DNA of 64,000 nucleotides from an uncultured Actinomycetota bacterium (GTDB lineage Bacteria; Actinomycetota; Actinomycetes; Propionibacteriales; Nocardioidaceae): NCBI GenBank assembly GCA_963814245.1, contig CAWFBY010000009.1, positions 13,636 to 77,635 of the forward strand, read 5' to 3'. Shown piece by piece: positions 49,621 to 58,724 of this stretch (position 1 is its first letter; each line of letters starts with the position of its first letter). The notes under the pieces were generated by a model. It saw only the letters and a program-made list of their open reading frames with translations, ran no database searches and was not told where the DNA came from. The position numbers and the translations under genes were made by a program.

Positions 49621-50405
49621 TGCTGGGTCTCTTCGAGGGTGTCACGCGTCAGTTCGACTATTGGGCGACGGTCTATCGCCGCACCTGGCGAGCCTCGGTC
49701 ATCTCCTCCTTCGTGTCGCCCCTGTTCTATGTCGTGGCGATGGGGGTGTTGCTCGGGGGCTTCGTACGCAGCGATCCGGACACGCTGGAGGGCGCCACGT
49801 CATACCTCGCCTTTGTTGTGCCTGGTCTGGTGGCAGCCCACGCCATGCAGACGGCGGTCGGTGAGGTGACCTATCCCGTGATGGGGATGATCAAGTGGCA
49901 GCGGGTCTATTTCTCCATGTTGAGCACTCCGCTGGCCGTGCGTGACCTGGTGGCGGGCCATCTGCTCTTCGTGTTGTTCCGCTTGGCGACGACCTGTGCG
50001 GTGTTCATGTTGGTGTTGGCGCCCTTCGGCGTCTTCGTGACCTGGTGGGGGCCGATTCTCGCCTTTGGGGCGCAGCTTCTCGTGGGGATGACCTTTGCGA
50101 CGCTGGTCTATGGGATCTCGGCTCGGATCACCTCCGAGGAGGGCTTCGGGGTGGTGTTTCGGTTGGGGGTCTTCCCGCTGTTCCTGTTTTCCGGGGCGTT
50201 CTTCCCGATCGCCAACTTGGGGGAGTGGCTGTCCTGGTTTGCCCGGATCACGCCGTTGTGGCACGGCGTCAATCTTTCGCGGATGTTGACGCTCAACACC
50301 GTTGATTGGCCCTTGGCTGCGGTGCACGTGGCCTTTCTGGTCGCGCTGACGCTGTTCGGCTGGCGGTGGTCGGTTTCGGGCCTGGCCGCGAGGTTGGTGA
50401 GATGA
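49620..50405 (+). CDS. ABC-2 type permease
   Basis: Six TM helices, YLAFVVPGL, FLFSGAFFPI, ITPLWHGV. Confidence 0.9.
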   Translation: MLGLFEGVTRQFDYWATVYRRTWRASVISSFVSPLFYVVAMGVLLGGFVRSDPDTLEGATSYLAFVVPGLVAAHAMQTAVGEVTYPVMGMIKWQRVYFSMLSTPLAVRDLVAGHLLFVLFRLATTCAVFMLVLAPFGVFVTWWGPILAFGAQLLVGMTFATLVYGISARITSEEGFGVVFRLGVFPLFLFSGAFFPIANLGEWLSWFARITPLWHGVNLSRMLTLNTVDWPLAAVHVAFLVALTLFGWRWSVSGLAARLVR

Positions 50406-51211
50406 CCATGAGGGAGATCGCAACCTCGCGGCGGGTGCCGCCCCTGAGTCCAGTGCGGGCGACCGGGGTGCTGCTGATGCGCAACGTGATCGTCTATCGA
50501 TCAGGCTGGAAGCTGTTCCTCACCGGGTTTCTCGAGCCGGTGCTCTATCTCTTGTCGATCGGCATCGGCGTCGGCCAGATGATCGACACCTTTGAGTTCA
50601 ACGGGCGCAGCATCCCTTATGCCGAGTTCGTGGCCCCGGCGATGTTGGCCGCCTCGGCCATGAACGGCGCGCTCCTGGACGCGACATACAACATGTTCTT
50701 CAAGCTCAAGTTCGAGAAGCTCTACGACCAGATGCTCGCGACTCCGCTCTCCACCGCCGACGTGGCCAGGGGTGAGGTCGCGTGGTGTCTGCTGCGCGGA
50801 GGGATCTATTCGGCGGCGTTCCTGGTCGTGATGGGGGCGTTGGGGTTGATCGACTCGTGGACCGCGCTGCTCGCCCTTCCTGCGGCCATCTTGATCGCCT
50901 TCGCTTCCGCCGCCGTGGGGATGGCGCTGACCACCTACCTGAAGAGCTGGCAGGACTTCGACAAAATCACGCTGATCCAGGTTCCGCTGTTCCTGTTCTC
51001 TGCGACGTTCTTTCCCGTCGAAGCGTTCCCCTCGGCGCTGCGTTGGGTGGTCGAGGTGACGCCGCTCTATCGCGGAGTGGTGTTGTGCCGCGAACTGACC
51101 ACGGGGGCGATCACGTGGGCATCGCTGGTTTCGGTGATCTACCTGATGGTGCTAGGCCTGGTGGGCGTGGCGGTCGTACGTCGCCGACTCGGTGCGCTCC
51201 TCTTGACCTAG
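50402..51211 (+). CDS. ABC-2 type permease
   Basis: FLEPVLYLL, YAEFVAPAMLA, FLFSATFFPV, TPLYRGV; second permease of a heterodimeric exporter. Confidence 0.9.
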   Translation: MTMREIATSRRVPPLSPVRATGVLLMRNVIVYRSGWKLFLTGFLEPVLYLLSIGIGVGQMIDTFEFNGRSIPYAEFVAPAMLAASAMNGALLDATYNMFFKLKFEKLYDQMLATPLSTADVARGEVAWCLLRGGIYSAAFLVVMGALGLIDSWTALLALPAAILIAFASAAVGMALTTYLKSWQDFDKITLIQVPLFLFSATFFPVEAFPSALRWVVEVTPLYRGVVLCRELTTGAITWASLVSVIYLMVLGLVGVAVVRRRLGALLLT

Positions 51212-51235
51212 CCGGCCCCCTGATTGGATAGGCGC

Positions 51236-51784
51236 ATGACTCTCGTTCCCGACACCAAAGACTGGACCTGGGTGCTCGATCGCCCGTGCCCGGAGTGCGG
51301 TTTCGACTCCGCCGCGGCCGTGCCGGCCGACCTGCCGGCGCTGGTGCAGGCCAATGCCGCCTCGTGGTCGCTCGTGTTGGGCCGACCGGACGTGGCAAGC
51401 AGGCCGAGCCCGGAGCTGTGGTCCGACCTGGAATATGCCTGCCACATTCGAGACGTCAACCGCATCTTCGGCCAACGGGTCACCCTGATGCAGGCCCAGG
51501 TCGACCCGTTGTTTGAAAATTGGGATCAAGACCAGACCGCTCTCGACGAGCGTTATGACCTGGCCGATCCTGCGGTGGTCGACGAGGAGCTGCGAGCCGC
51601 GGCTGATGAGGTCGCGGCCATTTATGCCAGCGTCGAGGCGCATCAGTGGGATCGGTCAGGACGCCGGAGCAACGATTCGACCTTCACCATCGACACGATC
51701 GCTCGCTATCACCTGCACGACGTGGTGCACCACCTTCACGACGTCGGTTTTGACCCGAGGTCTTCGGCGGAGATGCCCGAGTGA
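51236..51784 (+). CDS. DinB family protein
   Basis: DTKDWTWVLDRPCPECG, WSDLEYACHIRD, WDQD, RYHLHDVVHH. Confidence 0.85.
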   Translation: MTLVPDTKDWTWVLDRPCPECGFDSAAAVPADLPALVQANAASWSLVLGRPDVASRPSPELWSDLEYACHIRDVNRIFGQRVTLMQAQVDPLFENWDQDQTALDERYDLADPAVVDEELRAAADEVAAIYASVEAHQWDRSGRRSNDSTFTIDTIARYHLHDVVHHLHDVGFDPRSSAEMPE

Positions 51785-51975
51785 GGCACACCGAACTGTG
51801 GGACCGGCTCGAAGCCACCTTGGGCCAGGACTATGCGGCGCACTGGTCCGAGCACTTCGTGATCGCCGAGCTCGGCGGCAAGACGGCGGTGGAGGCGCTG
51901 GCAGACGGCGTTGCCCCCAAGGTCGTCTGGGGTGCGGTGTGGCGCGCCCTCGAACTCCCGGCTCGCGACCGGTGA
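51781..51975 (+). CDS. DUF3046 domain protein
   Basis: MRHTELWDRL...LGGKTAVEALADGVAPKVVWGAV; 64 aa. Confidence 0.88.
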   Translation: MRHTELWDRLEATLGQDYAAHWSEHFVIAELGGKTAVEALADGVAPKVVWGAVWRALELPARDR

Positions 51976-52000
51976 CAAGCCACGTGAGGATCTCACCTCG

Positions 52001-53257
52001 ATGAACGACGCGGAGGTCGCCGCCGTCCATCGGCGCACGTTGGCGACGCTCGTCGCAGCGCAAGCCATTGGCGCCGTCGGCATCACCATCGGCATCGCCA
52101 CCGCGTCCTTGTTGGCCCGGGACTTGTCGGGCTCGGAGAAGTTGGCGGGCTTGGCCCAGACCGCCCAGGTCCTCGGGGCCGCCATTGCGTCGTACGCCTT
52201 GGCTCGGCTGATGTCGCGCCGCGGGCGACGGGTGGGGCTGGTCTTGGGCTATCTGGTGGGTGCAGCCGGGGCGCTGCTCGCCGTGGTGGCAGGGGCGATT
52301 TCGTCGATGGCGCTGCTCATGGTCGGCGCGACGGCGCTCGGGGCTACGACAGCCGCAAACTCGGGCTCGAGGTACGCCGCCACCGACTTGGCGCCCGAAG
52401 CAACGCGTGGCCGGTCGCTGTCCCTCGTGGTCTGGGCGACCACGATCGGTGCCGTCGCCGGGCCTAATCTCACCGGACCTGCGGGCGCGCTCGCCGGCCG
52501 ACTCAATATCCCGGCGCTGACCGGCCCCTTCGCGCTGGGGGCCGTGGCGATGACGGCCGCGGCCGCGGTCGTGTGGGTTTTCATGCGCCCCGATCCGCTG
52601 CTCACCGCCCAGCAGGCGGCGGGCTGGGAAGACCACGCCGACGCGAGCACCTCGCTAGGTCGGATGGTGCGAGTGCTACGCGCCCAACCGGCCGTCGTCG
52701 CGGCCATCGGCGGGCTCGCCAGTGGACACGCGGTCATGGTCGCGGTGATGGTGATGACTCCGCTGCACATGGAGCATGGCGGCGCCCAACTCAAGATCAT
52801 CGGCCTGGTCGTGTCCGTGCACGTGCTGGGAATGTTCGCCTTCTCCCCGTTGGTCGGCCTGGCCACCGACCAGTGGGGAGCATCGCGGATGCTGATTGCG
52901 GGCGGGTCGCTCCTCCTGGTGGCCGTGGCGATGAGTGGGAGTTCGCCCGAAGGCAGTTCCTGGCAGATCTTCGGTGGCTTGTTCCTCCTGGGTTTGGGGT
53001 GGTCCTTCAGCACCGTCGCGGCCTCGACCCTGATCGCTGTCGAGGTGCCGCTGGAAGCGCGCACCGACGTGCAGGGGGCCGCCGATCTGATCATGGGGGT
53101 TTCCGCCGCCCTCGCTGGTGCGCTGGCTGGGGTCATCGTCGGTTCAAGCGGCTTCGCGGCACTCAACGCCTTCGGTGGCTTCCTCGCCATCGGGGTGCTC
53201 GCGTCCGCCTGGCTCGCCAGCCGAGCGCGCCCGGTGCGGCAGATTACGGAAGTCTGA
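52001..53257 (+). CDS. MFS transporter
   Basis: Twelve predicted TM helices, LMSRRGRRVGL (motif A-like), SRYAATDLAP, VMVMTPLHM. Confidence 0.9.
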   Translation: MNDAEVAAVHRRTLATLVAAQAIGAVGITIGIATASLLARDLSGSEKLAGLAQTAQVLGAAIASYALARLMSRRGRRVGLVLGYLVGAAGALLAVVAGAISSMALLMVGATALGATTAANSGSRYAATDLAPEATRGRSLSLVVWATTIGAVAGPNLTGPAGALAGRLNIPALTGPFALGAVAMTAAAAVVWVFMRPDPLLTAQQAAGWEDHADASTSLGRMVRVLRAQPAVVAAIGGLASGHAVMVAVMVMTPLHMEHGGAQLKIIGLVVSVHVLGMFAFSPLVGLATDQWGASRMLIAGGSLLLVAVAMSGSSPEGSSWQIFGGLFLLGLGWSFSTVAASTLIAVEVPLEARTDVQGAADLIMGVSAALAGALAGVIVGSSGFAALNAFGGFLAIGVLASAWLASRARPVRQITEV

Positions 53258-53308
53258 CTTCGCCGCCACCTGGTCGTGCCCTGGACCCGGGGCTGACACA
53301 GTGGTGCA

Positions 53309-54139
53309 ATGACTGGTTCCTTGGGTGATTTCACCCCCACCGCCACCGTCGCGGCCATCGGCGGCAGCGGGCTGTACTCCTTCTTCACCGAGGCCGATGA
53401 AATCGAGGTCAGCACGCCCTACGGCCCGCCATCGGCGCCCATCACGGTCGGCGAGATCTCCGGCCGCCGGGTTGCGTTCTTGCCCCGGCACGGGAGGCAG
53501 CACGAGTTCGCCCCGCACACGATCAACTATCGAGCCAACCTGTGGGCGCTCAAGAGTCTGGGCGTTCTCCAGATCTTCGCCCCGTGCGCGGTCGGTGGGC
53601 TCCGGTCCGAGGTCGCGCCCGGCGACCTCGTCGTCCCTGATCAACTGGTCGACCGCACCTCCGGTCGCGTCCACAGTTTCGTAACCGCGGGGGCGGCACA
53701 TGCGCCGTTCGCCGATCCGTATTGCCCGCGGCTTCGTGGTGCCCTCGTTGGGTCCGATCCCGCGATGATCGACGGCGGAACGATGGTCGTCATCGAGGGT
53801 CCTCGCTTCTCGACTCGGGCTGAGTCCGTGAACTATGCGGCGCAAGGCTGGTCCCTGATCAACATGACAGGGCACCCCGAGGCGGTGTTGGCCCGTGAGC
53901 TGGGCATTTGCTATGCCGCGGTCGCGCTGGTGACGGACATGGATGCTGGAGTCACGGCAGGCGACGGGGTGCACCAAGAAGAGGTGTTCGAAGCATTTGA
54001 GCGCAATCTCCCGCGTCTGAAGGGTGTGCTGCGGGGGGCGCTGGAGACCCTGCCCGATCCCGATGGGTGTTCCTGTGACTGGGGTGGCCCCGACTTCCTC
54101 GGCGGCTCTGGGGCCGACAGGAGCGCGGCCGGGTCATGA
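53309..54139 (+). CDS. mtnP: S-methyl-5'-thioadenosine phosphorylase
   Basis: IGGSGLY, LPRHGRQH, NYRANLWALK, EGPRFSTRAES, INMT, VTDMDAG. Confidence 0.93.
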   Translation: MTGSLGDFTPTATVAAIGGSGLYSFFTEADEIEVSTPYGPPSAPITVGEISGRRVAFLPRHGRQHEFAPHTINYRANLWALKSLGVLQIFAPCAVGGLRSEVAPGDLVVPDQLVDRTSGRVHSFVTAGAAHAPFADPYCPRLRGALVGSDPAMIDGGTMVVIEGPRFSTRAESVNYAAQGWSLINMTGHPEAVLARELGICYAAVALVTDMDAGVTAGDGVHQEEVFEAFERNLPRLKGVLRGALETLPDPDGCSCDWGGPDFLGGSGADRSAAGS

Positions 54140-55242
54140 GGGTCCTGCTGACCGGGTCGGCGGGCTTCATCGGTTCCGCGATCTCGCGGGAGTTGGTGCG
54201 CCTCGGGCACGAGGTCGTCGGAGTCGACGTACATCTTGAGCAGGCGCACGGTGGGCACGTGGCCGACCCCGCCCCCGGCTCGCATCATCTCGACGTTCGC
54301 GACGCGGAGGATTGGTCGGCGTTGCTCACGGGCATCGATGTCGTTTGTCACCAGGCCGCGCTCGTAGGTGCGGGCGTCACGGTGGCTGACTTGCCGGCGT
54401 ACGCCGCGCACAACGACCTGGGTACCGCCGCGCTGCTGGCTGCGATGCACGACCGCGGGGTGCAGCGGATGGTGTTGGCGTCATCCATGGTCGTCTATGG
54501 CGAGGGGCGCTATCGATGCGATCGGCATGGTGCGCAGACGCCGCAGCCGCGGACCCGGGCACAACTCGAGTCGGGTGAGTTCGAGAACCAATGTGGCGAG
54601 TGTGCCGGGTCACTGGACTGGGATCTGGTGACCGAAGCTGCGGCGTTGGATCCGCGCAGCGCGTACGCCGCGAGCAAGGTCGCGCAGGAACACTATGTGT
54701 CCGCATGGGCGGCGCAAGCGGGTGGTGCTGCCATCGCGCTGCGCTATCACAACGTCTATGGGCCGGGCATGCCTCGGGACACGCCCTACTCCGGGGTGGC
54801 GGCCATGTTTCGCTCCTCGATCGAACGAGGCGAGGCCCCGCAGGTCTACGAAGACGGCCGTCAGATGCGAGATTTTGTCCACGTCAACGATGTCGCGCGG
54901 GCCAATGTGCTGGCGCTTGAGGCGGTGGTGGGGTCGACCCCTGCGCGTTTCGACGCCTTCAACGTGAGCTCGGGGCGGCCCATTTCTATCGCGACCGTCG
55001 CCGAGTTGGTGGCATCGGGGCTGCCCGGGGGCATGGTCCCTGAGATCACCGGCGGATTCCGGATCGGCGATGTGCGCCACGTGGTGGCCTCGCCTGAGTT
55101 GGCGCGAGCCCGACTGGGGTTCGCCGCGGCCGTTGCCCCCGAGTCGGGGCTGGTGGAGTTCGCAACCGCTCCGCTGCGAGGCCCAACTCAACGGGCAGGG
55201 AAGCCCAACTCAACGGGTAGGGAGGCCCAACTCAACGGGTAG
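54136..55242 (+). CDS. NAD-dependent epimerase/dehydratase (GalE3/Rv0536-like)
   Basis: TGSAGFIG, ASSMVVYGEG, YAASK, LRYHNVYGP, RDFVHV, Cys-rich insert; ATGA overlap with the MTA phosphorylase gene. Confidence 0.9.
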   Translation: MRVLLTGSAGFIGSAISRELVRLGHEVVGVDVHLEQAHGGHVADPAPGSHHLDVRDAEDWSALLTGIDVVCHQAALVGAGVTVADLPAYAAHNDLGTAALLAAMHDRGVQRMVLASSMVVYGEGRYRCDRHGAQTPQPRTRAQLESGEFENQCGECAGSLDWDLVTEAAALDPRSAYAASKVAQEHYVSAWAAQAGGAAIALRYHNVYGPGMPRDTPYSGVAAMFRSSIERGEAPQVYEDGRQMRDFVHVNDVARANVLALEAVVGSTPARFDAFNVSSGRPISIATVAELVASGLPGGMVPEITGGFRIGDVRHVVASPELARARLGFAAAVAPESGLVEFATAPLRGPTQRAGKPNSTGREAQLNG

Positions 55243-55257
55243 GGAGGCCCAACTCAA
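55181..55257. repeat. Tandem repeat, 3.5 x 22 bp (GCCCAACTCAACGGGTAGGGAG)
   Basis: Units start at 55181, 55203, 55225 and 55247 (partial); the array overlaps the 3' end of the epimerase ORF and abuts the GT-C stop. Confidence 0.93.
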
Positions 55258-55258
55258 G

Positions 55259-56611
55259 TCACCAGTCGGGGTGGAGGAGATGTTGGATCGCGAGTGCGGC
55301 CACGAGTTGCAGGATCAGGCCGCGGCGCCGCCAGGTTTCCGGGAGCAGCGCCGTCGCGACGAGTAGCCACGGCGCAAAGGGCAGCCAGATTCGCTCGACC
55401 TCGCCCCTGCTCATCTGAGAGAAGTCGGCGAGCAGCACCGTCGCGAAGGCGGCTCCGGCCAAGGCCACCACGACCCGGGACCCCTGGTCGCGCCAGCGGG
55501 TGGCGCCGACGGCCAGCGCGGCAGCCAGGACGGGGCCGGCCGAGAAGAGCAGAGCGGCGAAATTGCCCCACAGCCAATAGGCGGCTGGCCGGTTATGGGC
55601 CACGCCGTCCCAATAGCGTTCGCGGAGCACGGGGAAGGCTTCCCACCACGCGAAGCCCGCCACCGCAAAGCCGACCACCACGGCGACCGCGGCCAGGCAG
55701 GCGGGCGCCAACGGGCGCCACGAGCCCGCGAGCACCAAGATCGCCACGGCGAGCACGCCCAGCAGGGGCAAGCCATAGGACAACATCACGCAATAGCCGA
55801 GGAGCAGCCCGGCCACCACCGACCACGCCAGGCTGCGGCGTACGCCGGCCACCGCGAGCGCGGCTAGCCCCCACGCGGCGACAGCGGCGAACATGCCGTC
55901 GGCCGACACGCACTGCCAGATGGCGGCGGGACCGAATGTCAGGAACGGTGCCGCGCGTCGCGCCGCCGCCTCGGCACCCAGCGTCCGCAGAGTGACCAGC
56001 ACCGCGGGCGCGGTCGAGGCGGCCATGAAGGTCACCACGAGGCCCGCAGCGAGTCCCGAACCCAACCCGAGTCGCACCAGCGCCACGAAGAAGACCAGGG
56101 CTCCGGCGGGGTGGCCGGCAATGTGCACCGGCCAGTTGCCCTGTTCGGCGTCGAAGGGGATCCGGCTTACGTACTCGTCCAAGGTCGCGGGCAGATCATC
56201 GGTGGCGCGCGCGGTTTCGAGGTATTCGTAGGAGTGGTTGAGGACGTCGGAGATCCCGTCCACGCCGTCGACGAGGGCCAGTGAGATCATCCAGGCCAGG
56301 CCGGCGGCGTACGACGCCGGCAGCAACTGTCGCCACGAGAGGGTGTCCGCCCACGCGACCGCCCAGCTGGACGCCAGCCCGGCCACCAACACCGCGAGAA
56401 CGGTGCCCGGTCCGAGGCGGGGATCCCAGAATGCGTGGATCGGCGGGAAGTCCTTGATGTGCACGTCCCAGCCACTCGCGGCCGGAACTGCCATCGCCGC
56501 TGCCATCAGGAGGATGCCACCGCCGAGCCCGAACCACGCGGCACGCCCGGCAGCCTCACCCGCCGCATCCTCCGCGACCTCCGCAGACGGAGAGGTGGGC
56601 TCGGTGGACAC
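55259..56611 (-). CDS. Polytopic membrane glycosyltransferase, GT-C-like (resembles M. tuberculosis Rv0541c/MtxT)
   Basis: About 11-12 TM helices with an acidic first loop (DGISDVLNHSYEYL), HPAGALVFF, SADGMF, GEVERIWLPF; context of GT2, DUF2064, epimerase and MTA phosphorylase. The family call is inferred. Confidence 0.7.
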   Translation of the reverse strand: MSTEPTSPSAEVAEDAAGEAAGRAAWFGLGGGILLMAAAMAVPAASGWDVHIKDFPPIHAFWDPRLGPGTVLAVLVAGLASSWAVAWADTLSWRQLLPASYAAGLAWMISLALVDGVDGISDVLNHSYEYLETARATDDLPATLDEYVSRIPFDAEQGNWPVHIAGHPAGALVFFVALVRLGLGSGLAAGLVVTFMAASTAPAVLVTLRTLGAEAAARRAAPFLTFGPAAIWQCVSADGMFAAVAAWGLAALAVAGVRRSLAWSVVAGLLLGYCVMLSYGLPLLGVLAVAILVLAGSWRPLAPACLAAVAVVVGFAVAGFAWWEAFPVLRERYWDGVAHNRPAAYWLWGNFAALLFSAGPVLAAALAVGATRWRDQGSRVVVALAGAAFATVLLADFSQMSRGEVERIWLPFAPWLLVATALLPETWRRRGLILQLVAALAIQHLLHPDW

Positions 56612-56618
56612 AGGGTCG

Positions 56619-56718
56619 ATGCTAGGTGGACCGGTCCCGCGATCCGACAGACCTATCGGCGATGTCAGCGTTCCGTAAGAGATTTCGGCCCCGCGGAGGG
56701 TGCCGGGCCACCTAGCGT
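56619..56718. promoter_or_regulatory. Mirror-image divergent leaderless promoters
   Basis: CCGGTCCACCTAGCAT (minus, 56619-56634) and CCGGGCCACCTAGCGT (plus, 56703-56718) match at 14/16 positions; each lies exactly 7 nt before a GTG start. Confidence 0.6.
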
Positions 56719-56725
56719 GGCTCAG

Positions 56726-57385
56726 GTGAACCAAGACTGCGAATTGATCCTCCCGTGCCGTGACGAAGGCCCCGCCCTGCGGGCGTTGTTACCGCTGGTC
56801 CCGGCCGGCGTAGCGGTCACCGTGGTGGACAACGGATCGCGCGACGACACCGCAGCCGTGGCTCGTGAGTTCGGGGCGCGGGTGGTCTTCGAGCCTCGTG
56901 CCGGGTACGGCGCAGCCGTGCACGCGGGGGTCATAGCGGCGACTCGCGAATACCTTGCCGTCATGGACGGGGATGGCTCGTTCGATCCGCGGGCGATCCT
57001 CCCGCTGCTGGGGGACGTCCGCGACGACCGGGCCGACCTCGCGGTCGGTCGCCGACGTCCCGCGAGTCGTGGGGTGTGGCCTTGGCACGCGCGGGCCGGC
57101 AACGCGATCGTGGTGGCCTGGTTGCGCCGCCGAGCTGGCCTTCCGGTGCACGACATTGCCCCATTGCGGGTGTGTCGGCGTCAGGCGTTGCTCGATCTGG
57201 ACGTACAAGATCGTCGCTTCGGCTACCCCGTTGAGCTGTTGTCCCGCGCCACGCAGGGCGGGTGGCGGATCACCGAGCGAGACGTCGCCTATCTACCCCG
57301 AGCTGCGGGCACTAAGTCGAAGGTTTCGGGCTCGGTGCGGGGCACCCTACGCACAGCCCACGACTTCTGGCGGGTGCTGCGATGA
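56726..57385 (+). CDS. GT2 polyprenyl-phosphate sugar synthase (DPM1-like; resembles Rv0539/MtxS)
   Basis: LILPCRDEG, VVDNGSRDDT, GYGAAV, DXD motif MDGDGSFDP. Confidence 0.88.
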   Translation: MNQDCELILPCRDEGPALRALLPLVPAGVAVTVVDNGSRDDTAAVAREFGARVVFEPRAGYGAAVHAGVIAATREYLAVMDGDGSFDPRAILPLLGDVRDDRADLAVGRRRPASRGVWPWHARAGNAIVVAWLRRRAGLPVHDIAPLRVCRRQALLDLDVQDRRFGYPVELLSRATQGGWRITERDVAYLPRAAGTKSKVSGSVRGTLRTAHDFWRVLR

Positions 57386-58062
57386 ACGCCCACGGGCTCA
57401 TGAGCGACGTGCGCTGCCTGGTGGTGGCCAAGGCCCCTGTTGTCGGCTTCGCCAAGACCCGCCTTGGCCACGCTCTAGGCATGCAGGCAGCGGCGGATCT
57501 CGCAGCCGCAGCGCTGCTCGACACCCTGGAGACCTGTCAGGTGACCTTTGGTGCTGACCGCTGCATCCTGGCTCTGACCGGCGACCTGGCGCAGGCCCAG
57601 CGAGGCTCGGAGATTCTGAGCGCGGTTGCGGGCTGGCACGTCATCGCCCAACGTGGTGATGGCTTCGCCGAACGACTGGTCCATGCTCACCACGACAGTG
57701 GCCCCGGCCCGATCCTCCAAATCGGGATGGACACCCCGCAGGTGACCGAAGCGCTCCTCCACAAGGTGACCTCGGGCCTGAGCGAGGATCCCGCGATCTT
57801 GGCACCGACCCACGATGGGGGCTGGTGGGCCCTCGCCCTGGCCGATCCGAGTCAGGCGCACGTACTAGCAGGGGTGCCCATGTCGAGCTCCGAGACCGAG
57901 CACCGGACTCGCGCTGCCCTGGAAGACGTTGTGGACCGGGTGGGGACCGGACCGACGCTGCGCGATGTCGACACGGTCGCTGACGCGAGCGAGGTCGCCT
58001 CAGCCTTGACCACCGGGCATTTCAGGGCCGCCTGGTTGGCGTCGACGGTGGTGTCGTCGTGA
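57382..58062 (+). CDS. DUF2064 / TIGR04282-like CofC-fold nucleotidyltransferase (resembles Rv0540)
   Basis: VVAKAPVVGFAKTRL, QRGDGFAERL, IGMDTPQ, APTHDGGWWAL, LRDVDTVAD. Confidence 0.87.
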   Translation: MNAHGLMSDVRCLVVAKAPVVGFAKTRLGHALGMQAAADLAAAALLDTLETCQVTFGADRCILALTGDLAQAQRGSEILSAVAGWHVIAQRGDGFAERLVHAHHDSGPGPILQIGMDTPQVTEALLHKVTSGLSEDPAILAPTHDGGWWALALADPSQAHVLAGVPMSSSETEHRTRAALEDVVDRVGTGPTLRDVDTVADASEVASALTTGHFRAAWLASTVVSS

Positions 58063-58724
58063 CGACAGCCCTGCTCGCGCCGGGCGTACCCCGCGACGTG
58101 GATCCCTTCGTTTCGGTCTTCACCGATGCCTTGCAAGGCAGCCCTTGCGTCCTGATCGGCCTGGGGGAGAGCCCGATTCCGTTGCCGATGGCCCAGTGGG
58201 GCAGCTCGGCGGACGCTTCGGATCGCGCCGTATTGGCGCACTGTCGGGGACGCACGATCGATGTGGGCTGTGGCCCCGGTCGGATGGCCGCGCACTTGCT
58301 CGAGCAGGGGCACGTGGTCCTGGGCCTGGACGTCGTACCCGAAGCCGTGGAACAGACCCGGCACCGGGGCGTGTCCGCGGTGCTGGGGGACGTATTCGGC
58401 CAGGTTCCGGCCGAAGGCTCGTGGGACACCGCGTTGCTGGCGGACGGCAATGTCGGGATCGGTGGAGACCCGGTGCGGCTGCTCGGCCGGGTGCGCGGGC
58501 TCCTGACACCGCAGGGTCGAGTGGTCGTCGATTTGGCGGAGTATGGCGCCGGGATGCGCCACGCCCGGGTGCGGCTGAGCAGTGCCCTGCGGACCAGTGG
58601 CGAATTTCCCTGGGCCGTGGTGGGCGCGGATGCGATCGCCAGCGTGGCCGATGCGGCGGGTTTCGCCAGGACCGAGCTCCACGAGTACGCCGGGCGCTGG
58701 TTCGCGGTTGTGGAGCGTGCATGA
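58059..58724 (+). CDS. Class I SAM-dependent methyltransferase
   Basis: Motif I TIDVGCGPGR, LGLDVVPEAV, LLADGNVGIGGDP; overlapping stop/start on both sides. Confidence 0.9.
   Translation: MTTALLAPGVPRDVDPFVSVFTDALQGSPCVLIGLGESPIPLPMAQWGSSADASDRAVLAHCRGRTIDVGCGPGRMAAHLLEQGHVVLGLDVVPEAVEQTRHRGVSAVLGDVFGQVPAEGSWDTALLADGNVGIGGDPVRLLGRVRGLLTPQGRVVVDLAEYGAGMRHARVRLSSALRTSGEFPWAVVGADAIASVADAAGFARTELHEYAGRWFAVVERA

Noticed and set aside
48658-51211. Nod-factor or specific antibiotic exporter
   Set aside because: The NodI/DrrA-like similarity is generic, and no biosynthetic genes are adjacent to assign a substrate.
57382-58724. Arsenosugar or selenosugar biosynthesis, suggested by the TIGR04282 family name
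   Set aside because: No radical SAM ArsS, ArsM-type cysteine motifs, selD or ars genes are nearby; the MTAP, epimerase, GT2 and GT-C context fits the MTX pathway better.
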